Part shown: one piece after another, positions 59,524 through 64,000 of the stretch | Layout of the letters: each line of letters begins with the position of its first letter | Position numbering within the stretch: the first letter of the stretch is position 1 | From: Pirellulales bacterium | GTDB taxonomy: Bacteria > Planctomycetota > Planctomycetia > Pirellulales > JBBRCE01 | Reading direction: 5' to 3' | Assembly: GCA_038205115.1 (NCBI GenBank) | Contig: JBBRCE010000005.1 | Coordinates: 79,754-143,753, forward strand | DNA length: 64,000 nucleotides | Program-made: the position numbers and the translations under genes | The notes under the pieces: generated by a model | The model's input: the letters and a program-made list of their open reading frames with translations, nothing else | Told to the model about the DNA's origin: nothing | Databases searched by the model: none

Positions 59524-60564
59524 ATGTCAGACGCCCAGCGGCCAGTTGAGTTTCACGATAAGCAAATCGCCATGGCGCACGGCGCCGGCGGCGAAGCCAC
59601 GCGTCGCTTGATCGAAGGCCTGATTAAACCTGCGTTTTCCAACGTCTGGCTGAACAGCCTAGCCGACGCCGCGGTGCTGGACAAACCGGCCGCACGGATC
59701 GCAATGACCAGCGATAGTTTCGTCGTCCAACCACTGCAATTTCCCGGCGGATCGATTGGCGAGTTGGCCATCAATGGTACTGTCAACGATCTGGCGGTTT
59801 CCGGCGCTCGTCCGCTGGCGCTATCCGTAGCTCTGATCCTCGAAGCCGGCTTACCGAGCGAGGTTTTGCGGCGCGAAGTGCAGGCGATGGCCGCCGCCGC
59901 TCGCAGGGCAGGCGTGCCGATCGTCACGGGCGATACCAAAGTGGTCGAGCACGGCAAGGCCGATGGTTTGTACATCACCACCACCGGCGTTGGTGCGCTC
60001 GATCCGCGTGCCGACCTTGGCGCGCAGCGAGTGCAACCGGGCGATCGGGTGTTGCTTTCCGGTCCGATCGGCAATCACGGCATGGCCATCATGCTGGCCC
60101 GCGCGGAATTGGATATCCAGGCCGACATTCGTTCCGACACGCGGCCACTGACGGTACTGGTCGCCGCGCTTTTCGAGTCGGTCGGCGTAGGCGTCAAATG
60201 GATGCGTGATGCCACGCGTGGCGGTGTTTCCAGCGCGCTCAACGAACTGGCGCGCGACGCCGACCTGCTAATCAACATCAGCGAAGAAGCGGTGCCCATC
60301 GATGACGTCGTCCGTGGCGCCTGCGAAATGCTGGGGCTCGACCCACTGCAAGTCGCCAACGAGGGGCAATTTGTGGCGATTGTGGCCGCCAACTTGGCTG
60401 AAACCGCGCTGGCTGCGCTCAAACGAACGCCGGGCGGCGAGCGCGCGTGCCTGCTCGGCGAAATCAGCCGCGGCCCATACGCCCGCGTGGTTGCCAAGAG
60501 CGCATACGGCGGCTCGCGAATTGTCGATATGTTGATCGGCGACCCACTGCCGCGCATCTGCTGA
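59524..60564 (+). CDS. hypE: Hydrogenase carbamoyl dehydratase
   Basis: HGAGG, FPGG.IG.LA.NGTVNDLA, GDTKVV, RDATRGG, ANEG, C-terminal PRIC. Confidence 0.97.
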   Translation: MSDAQRPVEFHDKQIAMAHGAGGEATRRLIEGLIKPAFSNVWLNSLADAAVLDKPAARIAMTSDSFVVQPLQFPGGSIGELAINGTVNDLAVSGARPLALSVALILEAGLPSEVLRREVQAMAAAARRAGVPIVTGDTKVVEHGKADGLYITTTGVGALDPRADLGAQRVQPGDRVLLSGPIGNHGMAIMLARAELDIQADIRSDTRPLTVLVAALFESVGVGVKWMRDATRGGVSSALNELARDADLLINISEEAVPIDDVVRGACEMLGLDPLQVANEGQFVAIVAANLAETALAALKRTPGGERACLLGEISRGPYARVVAKSAYGGSRIVDMLIGDPLPRIC

Positions 60565-60632
60565 ACGCGCGCGAATTCACGCCGACTTCTCATTTCCCCG
60601 CTGCTCTCAGCCTCGCCAGAACAACATGGCGA

Positions 60633-61931
60633 CTAACTGATGCCGATCATCCGTTTGACGATCTGCAGCAAGCCCAGCAACACGCCCAATCCGCCCATGC
60701 AAATCACCACCGCAATTGGCACTAGCCAGCCCGCGGCAAACATCGGTTCCATGTGGTCCCAGAGCGAATTCCAAAACACGATCACCACTGCAGCACCCAG
60801 GCAGAGATATGGACCGTACGGAATTTCGTTGTCGCGACGCAGCAGCCACTGCGCTCCGCCCACGAACAAGCCGGCGAACGGCGCGATGAAAAACACGGCC
60901 AGACAAGCTTGCCAGCCAAGAAATGTGCCGATCATGGCCATCAGCGTGACGTCGCCAAAACCCATTGCCTCGCGCCCCAGCACAAATCCGGCAATCAAAC
61001 GCACAGCCCAAATCATACCGCCGGACGCCGCCAGGCCAATCAACGCCGAATAGAGCGACGTCCAACGCGGTCCGTTGTGCCAATAGGTTAGCGTCACGCC
61101 CACGCACGCCAGCACGCCCACCACGGCAATCAGCTTGGAGATCGGCTCCTTGGCGATGCGAGCCAAAAGGATCTGCCGCGCGCGTCGCAGTCCGTGACGC
61201 GTGCGCCAATGTCGCGGCAGCAGCGCCAAACACCAGCCCACCACCACCGCCAAGCCTACCCACAAGCTGGCCACGGTCTGCGTGAACTCCAGCGGCTGCC
61301 GCGGTTTCGGATAATTGGCGTACAACGGAATCACCGGTTCCACCAGCGGCCAAAAGCCAAAGTTCAGTCGTGCCCAGGCAACCAAATCCGGAACTGGCAG
61401 CAAGGCGTGCGGCAAGCAGACCATCAAAATCATGCCCAGCAGCGTGCCGGGCAACGTGATTTCATCGGGAATGATTTTGCCGTCGATATCGATCAGCGAG
61501 GCGACAATCATCAAACACAACAGCACAGCATGCGCGAGATACTCGCTGTGCAACAGCGATTGAATCGCCACGTCGTGGTGAGAAATATTCGCTGGCAGCG
61601 GCAGCGGAATCAATCCGCCCACATCCACTTCCCAGGCGTACAGCGCGGCCAACGACAAGCCGGTGAGTAGTTCGACCAGCAGCGGTCGAATCCAAAAGCC
61701 GCGGCCAAATTTGTGGGCGCGATCGCGAGCAATCAGCCAGCCGAAAATCGGCACGCACTCCGACCAGCGGCGTGCCGGCAGGCCACGCGGCGCGGCCGAC
61801 CAGGGGCTGATGGGCGATGGGTCGAGCGCCCAGCCGTAAACCGCGCGATTCAATTGCCCGGCCACAATGCTGCCAATGACAAACAGTGCCGAAAGCCGCA
61901 CTTCGAATGGGATGGCCAGCAGAGTGTTCAC
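60633..61931 (-). CDS. Prepilin peptidase (A24 family)
   Basis: IDIDGKIIPD, MGFGDVTLM, IPYGPYL; multi-TM. GTG start inferred. Confidence 0.85.
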   Translation of the reverse strand: MNTLLAIPFEVRLSALFVIGSIVAGQLNRAVYGWALDPSPISPWSAAPRGLPARRWSECVPIFGWLIARDRAHKFGRGFWIRPLLVELLTGLSLAALYAWEVDVGGLIPLPLPANISHHDVAIQSLLHSEYLAHAVLLCLMIVASLIDIDGKIIPDEITLPGTLLGMILMVCLPHALLPVPDLVAWARLNFGFWPLVEPVIPLYANYPKPRQPLEFTQTVASLWVGLAVVVGWCLALLPRHWRTRHGLRRARQILLARIAKEPISKLIAVVGVLACVGVTLTYWHNGPRWTSLYSALIGLAASGGMIWAVRLIAGFVLGREAMGFGDVTLMAMIGTFLGWQACLAVFFIAPFAGLFVGGAQWLLRRDNEIPYGPYLCLGAAVVIVFWNSLWDHMEPMFAAGWLVPIAVVICMGGLGVLLGLLQIVKRMIGIS

Positions 61932-62002
61932 GCGGAATTTCGCAGGATGATGTCGGTGGTCCGCCTGCCGAACGCTTCGGCAGGCGAGTTCAAGGATCGA
62001 GT

Positions 62003-62518
62003 TCAGCGCGACTGGCAATGGTCGATAATTTCCGCCGCGATCTGCGAGGGCGACTTTCCTTCGGTATCGACTTGCACATCAGCACACTGGCGATAAAGTT
62101 CGTGACGCGCGGCCAAGACCGCCGCAATTTCGTCGCGACCGCCCTGAACCGTTAAATTCGGACGGCGCGCCGCGGTCAGCGGGTCGTCGGCAATGCGGTT
62201 GGCGAGCGTGTCGACGCTGGCGGTCAGCCAAACGACTTGGCCGCACGCCTGCAGGAGTGTGCGATTTTCTGGCCGTAAAATCACGCCGCCGCCGAGCGCC
62301 AGCACGCCCGTCTGCCGCGCGATCAGTTGCCGCAGCATCTGCGTTTCCAGGTCGCGGAACGCATTTTCGCCTTGCTCGGAAAAAATCGCGGCGATGGATT
62401 TGCCAGCCTGCAACTCAATTTCGACATCCGCGTCGACCCAATCGCAACCCAGCCGCAGCGCCAATTGTTGGGCGACGGTTGTCTTGCCTGTACCGCGATA
62501 TCCGATCAGAGCGAGCAT
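62003..62518 (-). CDS. aroK: Shikimate kinase
   Basis: LIGYRGTGKTT, D.D, GE..FRDLE, LGGG, RP.L, R..LY. Confidence 0.95.
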   Translation of the reverse strand: MLALIGYRGTGKTTVAQQLALRLGCDWVDADVEIELQAGKSIAAIFSEQGENAFRDLETQMLRQLIARQTGVLALGGGVILRPENRTLLQACGQVVWLTASVDTLANRIADDPLTAARRPNLTVQGGRDEIAAVLAARHELYRQCADVQVDTEGKSPSQIAAEIIDHCQSR

Positions 62519-62921
62519 GAATGAGGTTTGCCGTAAACTATTGGGAAAGACTTGCCGGTGGTTGCGACCAAATTGTAGCGAATTGCCAACCGCACGACCG
62601 CTTGCCTGGCCACAATACCGCCAGATTTTGTGGCGGCACAATCATTGACGGCCGGTCATAGTCAGCGACGAGCATCGCGCCTGGCGAAGCGTCGCCCGAA
62701 ACTGGCACGACAGCAAATCAGCAGGTTTCGGTTTCACCAATCTTGGCGTGGAATACTCTGGAAATGCCCGCATGGTGGATTGCGGCATCAAAGTTGCTCG
62801 GCGTAAATTCGAGCGATCTCGGGCTCAGCTTTGAATTTGAAAGGCAGGGCCCCGGACTGAACTTCGCTCAATAAAATTCGCGTGCGATGGGGCAGGTCTA
62901 ATTACAAGTTGGGTTTACTTG

Positions 62922-63560
62922 ATGAAATATTTTTCCGTTGTCGACGTAAACGAGTATTGTTTTACGCCTGCGGTTGAACAGGGTGAGCTTGTTCTCACTC
63001 CGGGCGGATGCACGGAATGCTCGACGCTGCCCCACGGCGCTCGGCCACCTGAGACGCTGCGCGTGCTGAATCATCGCAGCAACGCGATCCTGGCTTACAC
63101 TTGCTGGGGTTTTGGCATCATCTCCGATCAACTGCTACAGTTGCTGTCCGGTCATTGGCAAAACGATCTGTTCGTCGGTACGCTTTGCGATGGCCACGGT
63201 CGTGTTATTGATGGATTGCACACGTACCTGGCCCGAGAGCGCGTCATCTTGCGTGGCGGCGAGCAGTCGCAGCATCATCTCTGCGGTGTTTGCGGCGCGT
63301 TGATCTACACATACTTGCCTCGCAACTCGTCGCCGTACGTAGCACCGGAACAAGTGGCTACGGCACGCGGCATCTACGAAGGCAATCATAGTGAACTGGT
63401 TATTAGCCAATCGCTACGCGAACAAATTGGCGACCGCTGGTCAAACCAAATTCGCTTTTGTGAAGTGCGCGTTTCTGAACCTTGCGATGGACTGCCAGCC
63501 ACCATCGGCGACTGGCTCTCGCCTGAAGTTCGCGCGAGCTACCATTCCAACGAAGCCTAA
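62922..63560 (+). CDS. Hypothetical double-CxxC protein (immunity-protein-like)
   Basis: CTEC and CGVCG, each followed about 35 aa later by a similar hydrophobic-IS..L...hydrophobic segment; AT-richer 5' region. Confidence 0.65.
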   Translation: MKYFSVVDVNEYCFTPAVEQGELVLTPGGCTECSTLPHGARPPETLRVLNHRSNAILAYTCWGFGIISDQLLQLLSGHWQNDLFVGTLCDGHGRVIDGLHTYLARERVILRGGEQSQHHLCGVCGALIYTYLPRNSSPYVAPEQVATARGIYEGNHSELVISQSLREQIGDRWSNQIRFCEVRVSEPCDGLPATIGDWLSPEVRASYHSNEA

Positions 63561-63576
63561 CGGCCAGTCGAAGGCA

Positions 63577-64000
63577 TTAGCCTTCGGCCAATTCCATATA
63601 GACTTTCAAAGCCTTTTGATTGCCTGTCAGCAGGGCGATCATGTCGGGATAGCGTTCGATGCCGCGAATGGGATGCGTGAGAATTCGCTGGACGACGCCG
63701 GGATACATGACTTCGGCCAACGCGAAATCGGCAATGCCCTGCTCGAAGTGCCCGCGGTTGGCGTTGACTGATCCGATCAACATTTTGTTGCCCAGCACCC
63801 ACTGCAGGTTGATTTTGTCCGACGGCACTTGGGTGGTTTTGTCGCCGCCGGTCACGCCCGTCCAAACCAGCACGCCGTTGAGTCCCAGCACTTCCATCGC
63901 GCCAAACGCCACGGCACTGCTGCCCGTGGCATCGACAATCAAATCTGGCTTGCCGGTCTTCGCGGCCAAGTCCTGGATTGATGTTTCGCTGGTGCTGACG
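63577..64000 (-). CDS. Zn-dependent (MDR) glucose 1-dehydrogenase-like protein, C-terminal part (runs off right edge)
   Basis: DLIVDATG, L..NGVLV.TGV.G, VLGNK..IGSVNAN..HF, ITH-like and LKV motifs. Confidence 0.78.
   Translation of the reverse strand, partial: VSTSETSIQDLAAKTGKPDLIVDATGSSAVAFGAMEVLGLNGVLVWTGVTGGDKTTQVPSDKINLQWVLGNKMLIGSVNANRGHFEQGIADFALAEVMYPGVVQRILTHPIRGIERYPDMIALLTGNQKALKVYMELAEG

Noticed and set aside
62650-62900. Remnant toxin gene upstream of the double-CxxC ORF
   Set aside because: The short open frame I translated shows no recognisable toxin motif.

Overview
GC-rich bacterial chromosome segment, most consistent with a planctomycete (DUF1501, tandem DUF1080, many secreted PDZ proteins, planctomycete-style ECF/anti-sigma pair). 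From left to right it holds: the end of a flagellar operon (flgH'-flgI-flgJ-flgN-flgK-flgL), an exonuclease, lepA, DUF1501 and a csrA / tRNA-Glu(UUC) / hemH group. Next come a stand-alone nuoI-like gene, a circularly permuted ATP-grasp / alpha-E / transglutaminase-amidoligase operon, a frameshifted membrane-protein gene, MATE, a YagF/YjhG-type dehydratase, an EVE protein and an ECF sigma/anti-sigma/PDZ unit. These are followed by sucCD-dinB-DUF1080-STAS-ribD, two paralogous PDZ proteins, yhaM-like and phosphoesterase genes and a degenerate S1C protease. The right part has an extracytoplasmic flavinylation cluster (FAD oxidoreductase, double FMN-binding NosR/NapH-like membrane protein, atypical ApbE) containing a short clade-2-type chlorite dismutase, and a 1.2-kb ORF-free gap with a strong promoter and a candidate structured ncRNA. 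It ends with a U32/RlhA-like gene, a sensorless hybrid kinase, a [NiFe]-hydrogenase maturation cluster with no structural genes, a prepilin peptidase, aroK, an orphan double-CxxC protein and a partial Zn-dependent glucose dehydrogenase. No integrase, transposase, CRISPR array or rRNA was seen. All assignments come from motif reading and recall of protein families; no database search was run.
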